A stretch of DNA of 64,000 nucleotides. Source: a virus. Its lineage: Duplodnaviria; Caudoviricetes. The notes beneath the pieces were generated by a model. That model ran no database searches, was not told the DNA's origin, and worked only from the letters and a program-made list of their open reading frames with translations. Of the stretch, positions 1 through 8,115 are shown piece by piece. The position numbers and the translations under genes are program-made. Position 1 is the stretch's first letter. The number at the start of each line of letters is the position of its first letter. The stretch spans positions 32,001 through 96,000 of the IMG/VR virus record IMGVR_UViG_3300006467_000134; one strand, written 5' to 3'.

Positions 1-229
1 TTATTTTTTTCCAGTCTAAGTCATACCCAGCGACAATCTCTCCAATTTTACCGACGCTCAAGATTCCCTGGCGTTCCAGCTCCTCTAGGAGCCGAGCGTA
101 AGACTGAACCAGGTTTGATTGGGTAGCCCGCAGTTGTTCGAGCTGCCCTTCTGAAAATGTGTCGTTGATCTGATCTTCAACAGCCGTCTCAAGGCTAGTT
201 TCATTACTGTAACCCGTTTTCACTTTCAT
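1..229 (-). CDS. Hypothetical protein, 3'-truncated by window edge
   Basis: Manual translation: ATG at 229, MKVKTGYSNETSLETAVEDQ..., open to position 2. Confidence 0.4.
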   Translation of the reverse strand, partial: MKVKTGYSNETSLETAVEDQINDTFSEGQLEQLRATQSNLVQSYARLLEELERQGILSVGKIGEIVAGYDLDWKKI

Positions 230-395
230 TTTTAAACCTTTCTTGTCGTCGTTGATAATTGTAGTTCTGCCAATAGGCGATTTGTGCTTTGTCCTGGCTT
301 CGGTGCCAACTGGTTGTTACCTTACCACAGGAGCAATGGGCTTGGCAATCCCCATTTTTAAAGTCATACCGTGGCTGCTGATGTTTACAGGTCAT
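204..395 (-). CDS. Small hypothetical protein (Cys/His-containing)
   Basis: C-terminal part of track ORF 204..566; ATG at 395 (MTCKHQ) fits gene packing. Confidence 0.4.
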   Translation of the reverse strand: MTCKHQQPRYDFKNGDCQAHCSCGKVTTSWHRSQDKAQIAYWQNYNYQRRQERFKNESENGLQ

Positions 396-852
396 CTGGA
401 TCTTCCTTTTTGCCGTAGTCTTCCAAAAACTCATTGACTCGATAGTGTACATCTGCAATGTTTTCCCCAGTTCCTGAGTCACGGGCCTTACAGAGTGCCT
501 GAAGGACCTCCTCAGCGGCTGCAACTTCAATGGTGGAATCATAACGACCGCAGTCAGTTGGGTCAACCTGGCATCGTAAATGTTCTTCCTTGACGATTTT
601 CATTTCCCGCTGAATCTGGGTTCGCTCTTCCCACAATTTCTGTTGGTAGTGCTCCATCAGCTCGTAGTAGAACTTAGCGTAAGATACGCGATCAGCTGCT
701 CTCGCCCTATTAAGTGGGGTTCGTCCTGTAATGCCGTATGCCCACTGTTTATCGAGCATGTCGATATTGTACAGCTTTACATACAGATTCTTTATTCGTT
801 CCCCGAACCCAGTGTCTTCCACTGGTCCAGGAATCCAAATATTCGACGCCAT
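385..852 (-). CDS. Hypothetical protein
   Basis: 155-aa ORF tightly packed in minus-strand operon. Confidence 0.6.
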   Translation of the reverse strand: MASNIWIPGPVEDTGFGERIKNLYVKLYNIDMLDKQWAYGITGRTPLNRARAADRVSYAKFYYELMEHYQQKLWEERTQIQREMKIVKEEHLRCQVDPTDCGRYDSTIEVAAAEEVLQALCKARDSGTGENIADVHYRVNEFLEDYGKKEDPDDL

Positions 853-854
853 AA

Positions 855-1196
855 CTATTGGTCCTTAGTAATGGTTACCTTGGTTGAAACCCACTCGCCG
901 GCTATCAGCTCGTAGTGATTGGTTACACTGTATGCTGTACAGCCCTCAAGATAATCTGTGAGATCAGGAAATTCAGTAATAGCCGGCTGTTGTAGTAGTT
1001 CAAGAAAGTACTCTTGAGTGCAGACACGATGTCCACTAGGAAGCTCATTTGCATAATAAGTTTTACCATTATCGCAATAGTAGAGATTCTCCGATTTTCC
1101 CTCCCAATCTGTACCGAATTTTTCGTTGATTCTTCTGATAGCCTCTTGTCCAGCAGAGGCCAGATTGTCGGAGCCTTTAAATACGTTAAGTACCAT
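855..1196 (-). CDS. Hypothetical protein
   Basis: 113-aa ORF with 1-2 nt gaps to neighbours. Confidence 0.6.
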   Translation of the reverse strand: MVLNVFKGSDNLASAGQEAIRRINEKFGTDWEGKSENLYYCDNGKTYYANELPSGHRVCTQEYFLELLQQPAITEFPDLTDYLEGCTAYSVTNHYELIAGEWVSTKVTITKDQ

Positions 1197-1197
1197 G

Positions 1198-1650
1198 CTA
1201 TTTTCCTTGTAGTTCTTTGAGTTGTCGGTTTAGATCCCACTTACGCCATTCATCGTAAGCTTTGTTGTATGCTTCCATCTGTGCTGTCCACTCCTCCAAG
1301 TTTTTCTTGAAGAGCCTCATTTTCTCTTTGTAGACTACGAGGTTCTTTTTGTACTGCCTCAGCTGCCGTTTGTAAGTCTCCGTCTGGATCTCGAAACTTT
1401 CATTCTCTACCCGCCGTTTTACATATACCTCGCAGCCTTCGTCATAGTAACCTTCCTGGATACGAATGTCAGTCATCTTGGAATTTGGATATTTTGACCG
1501 AACTTGTTCCACTATCTCTTGAAGCGTTAAGCCTTCACCAGAGAGATTTAGATACACTTCAGTATCTACTTCGATGATTCGATCTGGTTTTTGAGGCTCT
1601 GCAGGCTTGGCAGGCTTACGAGGCTTTTTTGGTTTTACTGGTTTCTTCAT
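1198..1650 (-). CDS. Hypothetical protein with Lys/Pro-rich N-terminus and coiled coil
   Basis: KKPVKPKKPRKPAKP N-terminus; ATGA overlap with upstream gene. Confidence 0.6.
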   Translation of the reverse strand: MKKPVKPKKPRKPAKPAEPQKPDRIIEVDTEVYLNLSGEGLTLQEIVEQVRSKYPNSKMTDIRIQEGYYDEGCEVYVKRRVENESFEIQTETYKRQLRQYKKNLVVYKEKMRLFKKNLEEWTAQMEAYNKAYDEWRKWDLNRQLKELQGK

Positions 1651-2069
1651 CCGAGCTCTTTCGCAATTGCCTGAAGTTCAAGTGCAGCCCGCTTCTCGGG
1701 ACTGATCAAGGTATTAACTTTGTCCTCCATCTGCTGAAGGCGAGCCTTTTTCTGACTAAGCTGCAGACGTGCCAGGCGAGTCTTGCAATCCTCTAGCCAC
1801 TGATCCGCCGAGTAGCCATCAATAATCGTGTCGGTTATATCTAGCCCAAGCTCTCGACAAGATTTGTGATGAAACTCTTTGGCAAAAATAACATCGGCAG
1901 CTACACGAACCAGCTTACTGACGTCGGTGACAACCTGTAGGTTCACAGTGTGGCCATTGATTTTGTAAGAGCAACTGGTTTGCCAGTTAGCCCTTTGAAT
2001 CGAGCTGATTTCAGCTTTTTGAGCTTGGATTGTCTTGAGAAGATCCAGGGCCAATTTGTCATTACTCAT
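1647..2069 (-). CDS. Conserved phage hypothetical protein (coiled coil)
   Basis: 140 aa, ATGA-coupled to upstream gene. Confidence 0.65.
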   Translation of the reverse strand: MSNDKLALDLLKTIQAQKAEISSIQRANWQTSCSYKINGHTVNLQVVTDVSKLVRVAADVIFAKEFHHKSCRELGLDITDTIIDGYSADQWLEDCKTRLARLQLSQKKARLQQMEDKVNTLISPEKRAALELQAIAKELG

Positions 2070-3151
2070 AACGGTCTCCAGTTTTGTATTTCATAGGAAA
2101 ACTTGTGTCCATTGTCTAGAACTGCCACAATCTCGAAAGGATTCTGTGGGATCACATCGAATTTAACACACTTGTGACAGATATACCCAGGGATCGGTGG
2201 TCCCCACTCTACTAACCTTGAGCTGTGCCGAAGATCTGGGAAAATCTTGTAGGCAGATGTAAATGAACCTCCATGAAGGTTTGGAATGAAGGGACCGTAG
2301 ATTTCACCCTCGTGCTTCACAAAGATGTTTTTATTGTTCCACTCAACACTAGACAGCTCAACTGGGATTTCTTCCAGTCTAGCAATCGTCATGTCGCCTG
2401 AGAGATCAATAAACGAGTCAACAAAGCCAGCATAGTCATCACGTTTTTCCGAGGTTACAAGGCTAACCAAGTCCGACTTGCTCTTAATAGCTTGGAACTG
2501 CCGCGACTCCGGATCGATCCCCATGTGATAGTGCTTATCAGCCGTAACGTTGCAATAGTAGGACTTTCTCTTCAGACGATGTCGATTGAGAAACGGATAT
2601 GCAAGCAATCGCCGGCCAATGTACACTAGCTCATGTCCATCTCTGTGCAAGTAGGTAGAGCCTTCCTGGAGATCCCTCAACGGAATACTGTTTCCTACTG
2701 TCTTTGAGAACACATAGCTCTCTTTGAACTCTTTGGTAGTCACTGGTAACAATAGGAGCTCGGTACCATCCCAGCTATAGACGAACTGTCCCTCCAAACC
2801 CTTACCGCGGTTGCAATTGTTGTGCTGCAGGATGTAAAGTAGGTTCGCCACCGAAATCTCAAATTCAAAATCTCGTGGATCATAGATTCGAATGTACTCA
2901 TTTCGGGCATTCCAACCATAAGATTGCCGAACTCCACCTACACCTTTATTGAGAACAAAGCCCTCCAGGGGAATATTGTCAAACTCAATGTTGGGGATGT
3001 TCTTGTCTCGCCATGAGTTCCACGACGTCTCTTTCCGAAGTTTTCCTGCGTTATCGTAGTAAATAACGTAGGCAAGCTTTCCAGTGTACGTATTCGGCCT
3101 CTCTCTGAATCCTACGTTAATCTTGTTGGGGATAAAAAGCCGCGACTTCAT
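2066..3151 (-). CDS. Conserved phage protein of unknown function
   Basis: Start moved to MKSRLFIP (ATGA overlap with upstream stop); N-terminus FIPNKINVGF..R..TYTGKLAYVIYYD..GKLRKETSW recalled from other phage hypothetical proteins. Confidence 0.7.
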   Translation of the reverse strand: MKSRLFIPNKINVGFRERPNTYTGKLAYVIYYDNAGKLRKETSWNSWRDKNIPNIEFDNIPLEGFVLNKGVGGVRQSYGWNARNEYIRIYDPRDFEFEISVANLLYILQHNNCNRGKGLEGQFVYSWDGTELLLLPVTTKEFKESYVFSKTVGNSIPLRDLQEGSTYLHRDGHELVYIGRRLLAYPFLNRHRLKRKSYYCNVTADKHYHMGIDPESRQFQAIKSKSDLVSLVTSEKRDDYAGFVDSFIDLSGDMTIARLEEIPVELSSVEWNNKNIFVKHEGEIYGPFIPNLHGGSFTSAYKIFPDLRHSSRLVEWGPPIPGYICHKCVKFDVIPQNPFEIVAVLDNGHKFSYEIQNWRPL

Positions 3152-3417
3152 TGTAGCCTTTGCTTCAAAGTATAAATCATAACGCCCAAACCAAAACACA
3201 CGCCAGAAAAGATAACTACGCCAAGTATAGCTGGCCAAAGCATAATTGCTGTAAGACCAAACCCACAGAGAATCACTTCAAACAGAACCACATCCAGTGG
3301 TTCATTGCTGAACTGTGTGTTCTTTTCAAAAAACAGAAACCATAGGTTTCCCAGTAGTATGATCAGGACAGATGTAAAACAACCAATCCCAAAATACAGG
3401 ATATCAGTAAGTTCCAT
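3148..3417 (-). CDS. Small membrane protein (paralog 3 of tandem trio)
   Basis: Hydrophobic segments; WPAIL motif. Confidence 0.6.
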   Translation of the reverse strand: MELTDILYFGIGCFTSVLIILLGNLWFLFFEKNTQFSNEPLDVVLFEVILCGFGLTAIMLWPAILGVVIFSGVCFGLGVMIYTLKQRLQ

Positions 3418-3704
3418 TATTCACCTTGATATTTCTTTCGGAGTGTTTCTAGGAGTCCTGCGTAGCCGAACAGCAAGGCAATGCCAATAGCGACTACGAG
3501 TACAGCGGGCCAACCAATAACAATCAAGGCTGCTAAGATCCACCAGCCTATCTGGAAAAGTGGTAACGGGGCTGGATCTCCCCATTCATCACGATAAGGC
3601 CCTTTTGTGATGTAGTGGATGTGGCAACCAATCAACCACAATATAGCCAAGACGATACCGATAATGTAGTAGGAAGTGTGTATGAAGTCTGGACTACAAC
3701 TCAT
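3417..3704 (-). CDS. Small membrane protein (paralog 2 of tandem trio)
   Basis: Start MSCSPD after GGAG; CHIHY...APL...WPAVLVV. Confidence 0.6.
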   Translation of the reverse strand: MSCSPDFIHTSYYIIGIVLAILWLIGCHIHYITKGPYRDEWGDPAPLPLFQIGWWILAALIVIGWPAVLVVAIGIALLFGYAGLLETLRKKYQGE

Positions 3705-3984
3705 GATTGCTTCTCCTATTCTCGTTGACCCTAGCTCGCAAGTATTCCAGGGGAAGGCACAGCACATAAATCACTGCACCGATCAAGAGCACTACTAATA
3801 CAGCCGGCCAAAATGCTGCCACTGCTAGCGAGAGGGCTAAAAATGACACTTGTTGAAAAGACAGCGGAGCCTCACGCCCGTAAGGGTCAATAGGTGTAAC
3901 TACGTAGTGAATGTTACACAAAACTAGTGTGAGAACAAATGTGATTGCCCCACCATAGTAGTATGCAATTTCGTAATTGATCAT
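3694..3984 (-). CDS. Small membrane protein (paralog 1 of tandem trio)
   Basis: CNIHY...APL...WPAVLVV. Confidence 0.6.
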   Translation of the reverse strand: MINYEIAYYYGGAITFVLTLVLCNIHYVVTPIDPYGREAPLSFQQVSFLALSLAVAAFWPAVLVVLLIGAVIYVLCLPLEYLRARVNENRRSNHEL

Positions 3985-4898
3985 CGGTCAACTTCAGTAT
4001 TCAGAGAAACGATCTCTGCCTTAGTTGGGCGATTTCCAAAACCAAACTTTGGATCGCCCTGGGATGGTGTGAGGGTAACGGAGATCCTGATGACATCTCC
4101 ACGCTTCAAAACAGTTTGTACTTGTTCGCCATTAACCTCAGCTTCAAACAGCTGCAGGTCAGAAGGAATCGAGCAGTGCACCAGGTAGCCATCAGTGGTC
4201 TTAATGGTCATCTTGAAACTGTGTCCCCAGGCGGTGTCATTGACAGCCGTCTTCAGAACCGTTGCTTCAATCGTATGACGTCCAGTTGGGCAAGGAAGAG
4301 CTGCAGCCTTTTCAGCTTCTCGTTCTGCCTTAACCTTTTCCCGGTTGTCAATCTTCTCGAACAAGGTGTCCATGAAGTCCCATTGACCCTGGCTTAGGCT
4401 ACCGAACCGAACCAGCTTGGATACCATGTTGTGGATGGTAGCCTCTTCGTACAGCATGTTGACAGGGGATCCACTGTTGTAGATCTCCCAGGCAGCCAGC
4501 TTGTCACGCTCAGCCAGTAGGCCCTCAGCTTTGGCCTTGCCAGCCTTGGCCTTACGCCAGTCGCCAGCAGCTTTGGTTACCTTAGCAAACAGAGCAGGAT
4601 CACCCATGTCCAATTTGTCGGCACAATCGTTACCTACTTTGATGTAGGTGTTGGTGTCGGCATGGTAGAACACCAGCGAGTAGATCAGGCTGTTGCCACA
4701 GACGTGGCATTTTCCGCCTTCCTGGTGGTCAGCAAACTTTCCACCAGTTTTTTCCAGGTGCTCGCGGAAACGGGCTCGTTGCTCCTGCAGGAGGTAAACG
4801 TCACCCATGTCCTCGATTTTCTTGTGCAAAATAGCGATGAACTGGTAGTCTTCAGGTTGAATCACCGAGGGGCGGTGAATGTCAGTGCGAGTTGTCAT
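3981..4898 (-). CDS. Hypothetical early protein (CxxC motif; possible C-terminal OB-like domain)
   Basis: 305 aa; AGGAG RBS and own promoter; CHVCG...GNDC. Confidence 0.7.
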   Translation of the reverse strand: MTTRTDIHRPSVIQPEDYQFIAILHKKIEDMGDVYLLQEQRARFREHLEKTGGKFADHQEGGKCHVCGNSLIYSLVFYHADTNTYIKVGNDCADKLDMGDPALFAKVTKAAGDWRKAKAGKAKAEGLLAERDKLAAWEIYNSGSPVNMLYEEATIHNMVSKLVRFGSLSQGQWDFMDTLFEKIDNREKVKAEREAEKAAALPCPTGRHTIEATVLKTAVNDTAWGHSFKMTIKTTDGYLVHCSIPSDLQLFEAEVNGEQVQTVLKRGDVIRISVTLTPSQGDPKFGFGNRPTKAEIVSLNTEVDR

Positions 4899-4920
4899 AA
4901 TTGTTTCTCCTATGTTAGTG

Positions 4921-4948
4921 ATTCTAACAGACCCTGAAGACCTGTCAA
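4921..4948 (-). promoter_or_regulatory. sigma70-like promoter TTGACA-N16-TAGAAT with extended TG
   Basis: Minus strand ttgacaggtcttcagggtctgttagaat upstream of ATG at 4898. Confidence 0.7.
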
Positions 4949-4951
4949 CAG

Positions 4952-5170
4952 CTAATCTTGTTTTCCTATGTATCTTTCAATCCTGGATTCAATGTTACGC
5001 AGCCGGCTTTCGGCTGTCACGGTTAGGTTTTTATAGTGCACCCACTGGTTGATAAGATCCCTCAGTAGGGGATCCTCAACGTCAGGTACTCTATTCATCT
5101 TCAGCAAGCGAAGGATATAGTCCATCCAAAACCTCCTGGGGGATTCTCCCGCGGTATTGGCGATTCTCAA
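4952..5170 (-). CDS. Hypothetical protein
   Basis: 72-aa ORF; start uncertain. Confidence 0.4.
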   Translation of the reverse strand: MRIANTAGESPRRFWMDYILRLLKMNRVPDVEDPLLRDLINQWVHYKNLTVTAESRLRNIESRIERYIGKQD

Positions 5171-5306
5171 TCACCTCCTCCATGCAGGATAGGCAGTATT
5201 CGTGTGTTTCGTCATAAGGAGTCACGGGAGTGATGTGGCACCGAGCACAGATTTCCTCTCGGTCCTCACCAGCCTCCCATGCCCAGTCGCGTCCGCGATC
5301 TTGCAT
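5091..5306 (-). CDS. Small zinc-finger-like protein
   Basis: CARC...CLSC; AGGAG RBS. Confidence 0.5.
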   Translation of the reverse strand: MQDRGRDWAWEAGEDREEICARCHITPVTPYDETHEYCLSCMEEVIENRQYRGRIPQEVLDGLYPSLAEDE

Positions 5307-5308
5307 AA

Positions 5309-5593
5309 TTAACTCTCCTGATCTTTCTCAAACTTCTCCTGAGCTGCCAGTGCATTCTCGCGAGTAGAATACAAGCGAGTTGGTAGGGGCTCCAGATTTC
5401 CTGGGTCGCCTGTATCCAGGTTGATTCGATTTACAAACGATATCCAGTATCCCTCGTCTGGGCTTCCCTCAATTGAGTGGATTGGTCCAAGATCATAGAC
5501 TTTGTGGATACTATGCGGACTGTGCTCAAAAACAACCATCCCTGGGTACGCCAAAGTTCCGTCAGCCAGTTTTGGTAAATGATCAGTGTTCAT
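5309..5593 (-). CDS. Hypothetical protein
   Basis: AGGAG RBS with promoter directly upstream. Confidence 0.65.
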   Translation of the reverse strand: MNTDHLPKLADGTLAYPGMVVFEHSPHSIHKVYDLGPIHSIEGSPDEGYWISFVNRINLDTGDPGNLEPLPTRLYSTRENALAAQEKFEKDQES

Positions 5594-5622
5594 GATTAAC
5601 TCCTGTTAGGTTTGGAACCTTG

Positions 5623-5650
5623 ATTTTACCCAGTAAACTCTGGTTGTCAA
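5623..5650 (-). promoter_or_regulatory. sigma70-like promoter TTGACA-N16-TAAAAT
   Basis: Minus strand ttgacaaccagagtttactgggtaaaat. Confidence 0.7.
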
Positions 5651-5682
5651 CTAGAGTTTTATGAGTTCATCCAAGTTGTTTC

Positions 5683-5889
5683 CTACCAATAAAAGGTAAT
5701 TACGGGGTTGTTCTCTTTCCAAACGATCTGACCATTAGGATGCCGAGCAAACTCGGCAAACTTGGTGTTTCTTAGGCAAGGGTTTTCTTCGAGCAAAATT
5801 TCATTAACAATCTGGGTGGCATAGTATGCCAGGCGTCCATGGTGTTTAATGTACGCTTTTTTACGCTTTCGGGGAAGCTTCGGTTTCAT
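5683..5889 (-). CDS. Small basic hypothetical protein
   Basis: MKPKLPRKRKK; ATGA overlap with upstream gene. Confidence 0.55.
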   Translation of the reverse strand: MKPKLPRKRKKAYIKHHGRLAYYATQIVNEILLEENPCLRNTKFAEFARHPNGQIVWKENNPVITFYW

Positions 5890-6104
5890 TTTTGATCCCC
5901 TGACAAATTTGGAAGTTCAGTAATCTTTCGCCCGTCCAGGGCTGTTCCGCGGGCATTGCGGATCTGAGGACCACAGTTCGAGAAACCTCGACCTGCATAC
6001 ACCCAGTAGTTTCCATCGTCGCCTTCGTAGTAGGCGGCCAGTTCTTGCCAGGTTCCAACCAAGGTTAATTGAATGCCATTGTGACTTGTTGTTTTTGCGA
6101 ACAT
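5886..6104 (-). CDS. Hypothetical early protein
   Basis: Start moved to MFAKTT, after GGAG and downstream of promoter at 6140-6167. Confidence 0.55.
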   Translation of the reverse strand: MFAKTTSHNGIQLTLVGTWQELAAYYEGDDGNYWVYAGRGFSNCGPQIRNARGTALDGRKITELPNLSGDQK

Positions 6105-6139
6105 TGCGTTTCTCCGTGTTTTCGGTTGCGATGCTGTAG

Positions 6140-6167
6140 ATTTTACCAACCCGTCTGACAATTGCAA
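6140..6167 (-). promoter_or_regulatory. sigma70-like promoter TTGCAA-N16-TAAAAT with extended TG
   Basis: Minus strand ttgcaattgtcagacgggttggtaaaat. Confidence 0.6.
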
Positions 6168-6194
6168 TAGGAAAACTGAAAAATCTTTTTTGTC

Positions 6195-6223
6195 TTGCTT
6201 CTCTGTGGAATTCACTGTAAAAT
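6195..6223 (+). promoter_or_regulatory. Candidate promoter TTGCTT-N17-TAAAAT for plus-strand operon
   Basis: ttgcttctctgtggaattcactgtaaaat; divergent from the 6140-6167 promoter. Confidence 0.45.
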
Positions 6224-6310
6224 GTGGCGAAGTAACAGCGACTGTCAAAGATAACATCGTCAATGTTACCATTCAAACTTTCTGTTATTTTCCCCTTTTA
6301 GGAGACTCAC

Positions 6311-6532
6311 ATGTCCGACCTGAAGAACCTGACCGCCGAACCTCCTCGGCCAAAGACTCCCCGCGTGCGTTCGTTCGCGAGTGAGCTCGTGCCCGCCAGC
6401 CCAGATGCTCGCCGCCTGCGAAACAAGTGGTGGAAGCGTAGTGGCCTGGAGCACTACCAGCTACAAAAGAAACGCGAAGAATTCGTTCGTCGGCACAACC
6501 TCCAACCAATTGCTCCCCAGGTGGTAGAATGA
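6311..6532 (+). CDS. Small basic hypothetical protein
   Basis: AGGAGA RBS; ATGA overlap with next gene. Confidence 0.6.
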   Translation: MSDLKNLTAEPPRPKTPRVRSFASELVPASPDARRLRNKWWKRSGLEHYQLQKKREEFVRRHNLQPIAPQVVE

Positions 6533-6876
6533 ACGAAAAGAACATCCTACATAAAGTTACCAAACACAGTACCTGTCTAAAAGCGTTCGCCACGGGATCT
6601 CGCGTGTACGGACGCCCAAAGCCAGATTCAGACTACGATATCGTTCTCTGGGTTACGGAGGAGGAAAAACAACAGCTTATTTCCGCCAGTGAATCCGATG
6701 ATGGATTGACAATTCGATTTGGTCCGATTAACATCATTGCAGTCACAAACGCAACTGATTACTATCATTGGATGGACGCCAAAGATTGCTGCCGGCGAAA
6801 CTGTCCAGTGACGCGAGAAGAGGCGATTGAGATCCACAAACTGGAGAATATCACCGACGAGGAGTACCCCTTATAA
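6529..6876 (+). CDS. Minimal nucleotidyltransferase (Pol-beta superfamily)
   Basis: Signature ATGSRVYG...DSDYDI (hGS..DxD). Confidence 0.75.
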   Translation: MNEKNILHKVTKHSTCLKAFATGSRVYGRPKPDSDYDIVLWVTEEEKQQLISASESDDGLTIRFGPINIIAVTNATDYYHWMDAKDCCRRNCPVTREEAIEIHKLENITDEEYPL

Positions 6877-6905
6877 GGGAGCCCCTCAAATTCTGGAGAT
6901 TTATC

Positions 6906-7424
6906 ATGTCAAAGATTATGTCAGTGTCTTATACTCAAGGCCTGGCATTCTTGCGACCGGGTAGGCTGTTTACGACTTGGGAATTATTCTCAGTCGTTCT
7001 CAGCCTTTCTTTTTGTTGCTTGATGCCCCGTGCTTTGGAGTTTTCTCCCGAGCTCAGTCCTTGGATTTACTTGGAAGTTGTGCCTGTCCTGGCAGGTATC
7101 CTTACAGGCCTGGAGATCGGGTGGTTCTCCCGACTTAGCTACTGGGATATTTTCGTCAAAGAAAATGGATCAGACCCAACCATGGATAAGATCCTCTACT
7201 GGCCCTCAATCCCAACTCTTTCCCTGGTAGTTGGGTTTCTGAACTTTGCTAGTATCCTGATGCTTTTTGAAGGACAAAACCTCTGGGATCGGCTAACGCC
7301 GTCCTGTTGTTTCATGATTCCGATGTTCATAACTTTCTCTATCCTCGCAAACCTCATCGTTGTAGGCCCTGAGAGCCTCTATGAGGCCTCCTCTGAGTCA
7401 GGCGACTCCGAAGGCGAAATCTGA
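6906..7424 (+). CDS. Multi-pass membrane protein
   Basis: About 4 hydrophobic segments; GGAG RBS. Confidence 0.6.
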   Translation: MSKIMSVSYTQGLAFLRPGRLFTTWELFSVVLSLSFCCLMPRALEFSPELSPWIYLEVVPVLAGILTGLEIGWFSRLSYWDIFVKENGSDPTMDKILYWPSIPTLSLVVGFLNFASILMLFEGQNLWDRLTPSCCFMIPMFITFSILANLIVVGPESLYEASSESGDSEGEI

Positions 7425-7454
7425 GAGAACGTTGATTCTAGGTACCAAATTTTG

Positions 7455-7483
7455 GACAGGAGCTATGCTTCCTGTCTTTTTTT
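7455..7483 (+). terminator. Intrinsic terminator of plus-strand operon
   Basis: gacagga-gctatgct-tcctgtc followed by T7. Confidence 0.75.
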
Positions 7484-7539
7484 ATGCTTACACAGGACCT
7501 GGTCCACAGTTTTCGAAAGTTTTAGCAGACTGCGGGCAT

Positions 7540-7575
7540 AAAAAAACCTACCAGCATCGCTAAATACTGGTAGGT
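7540..7575 (-). terminator. Intrinsic terminator of minus-strand operon
   Basis: Minus strand acctaccagtat-ttagcg-atgctggtaggt followed by a T run. Confidence 0.7.
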
Positions 7576-7651
7576 CCAATCTCAAACAGGAGAGAGCTGC
7601 TTGACTGAAAGATAGATCAAGTTTTTTTTTTCTTTTTTTTTTCTGAAGAAA

Positions 7652-7906
7652 TTAGTTTTCTTCTGAAAATTCTTCTCGAAGACTTTGGACAACCGCGGCA
7701 TGGGCTTTCATCAATTCCTCCAGGAATCCTTTGTGGCCTGAGTGTCCTGAATAACCCTCACCAGCTGGCACAAAGAATGCCACTCTTCCCTTGTCTACAA
7801 TTAGGAGCTGCCTCGGCTTACTGGATTCTTCGGGCTCCAGGACGGCAGTGTATCCCAAGGTCTTGGCGATATTATAGATGATCACCAGGTCATCATAGGT
7901 TAGCAT
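7652..7906 (-). CDS. Hypothetical protein
   Basis: 84-aa ORF, last gene of operon. Confidence 0.55.
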   Translation of the reverse strand: MLTYDDLVIIYNIAKTLGYTAVLEPEESSKPRQLLIVDKGRVAFFVPAGEGYSGHSGHKGFLEELMKAHAAVVQSLREEFSEEN

Positions 7907-8115
7907 ATCTTTGTGTCCTTTGTAGGATAGTTGTCAATGATCTTTTTGGCCGCCTCACAATCATACTTCATTTTCAAGAGTGATTGCTTTAGGATCTCGA
8001 TTGCCTCCTGGCTTATCGATGTCCCCTTGAAGTCCGCCAGTTCCTGTAGGAATTCCTTGACCCACAAGTCTTCCTCTTTGAAGTACAGATGCTGCTTTCC
8101 TTTGGAGCTGCTCAT
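7900..8115 (-). CDS. Ribbon-helix-helix-like DNA-binding protein
   Basis: Short beta strand (QHLYF), then helix-G-TSISQEAIEIL pattern. Confidence 0.5.
   Translation of the reverse strand: MSSSKGKQHLYFKEEDLWVKEFLQELADFKGTSISQEAIEILKQSLLKMKYDCEAAKKIIDNYPTKDTKIC

Noticed and set aside
6231-6269. Imperfect inverted repeat gtaaca...tgttac in the plus-operon leader
   Set aside because: Single short instance; cannot distinguish an operator or RNA leader from chance.
7610-7642. T10-C-T10 homopolymer after a weak hairpin
   Set aside because: Could be an extra terminator or an assembly artefact in a convergent intergenic region; no function can be supported.
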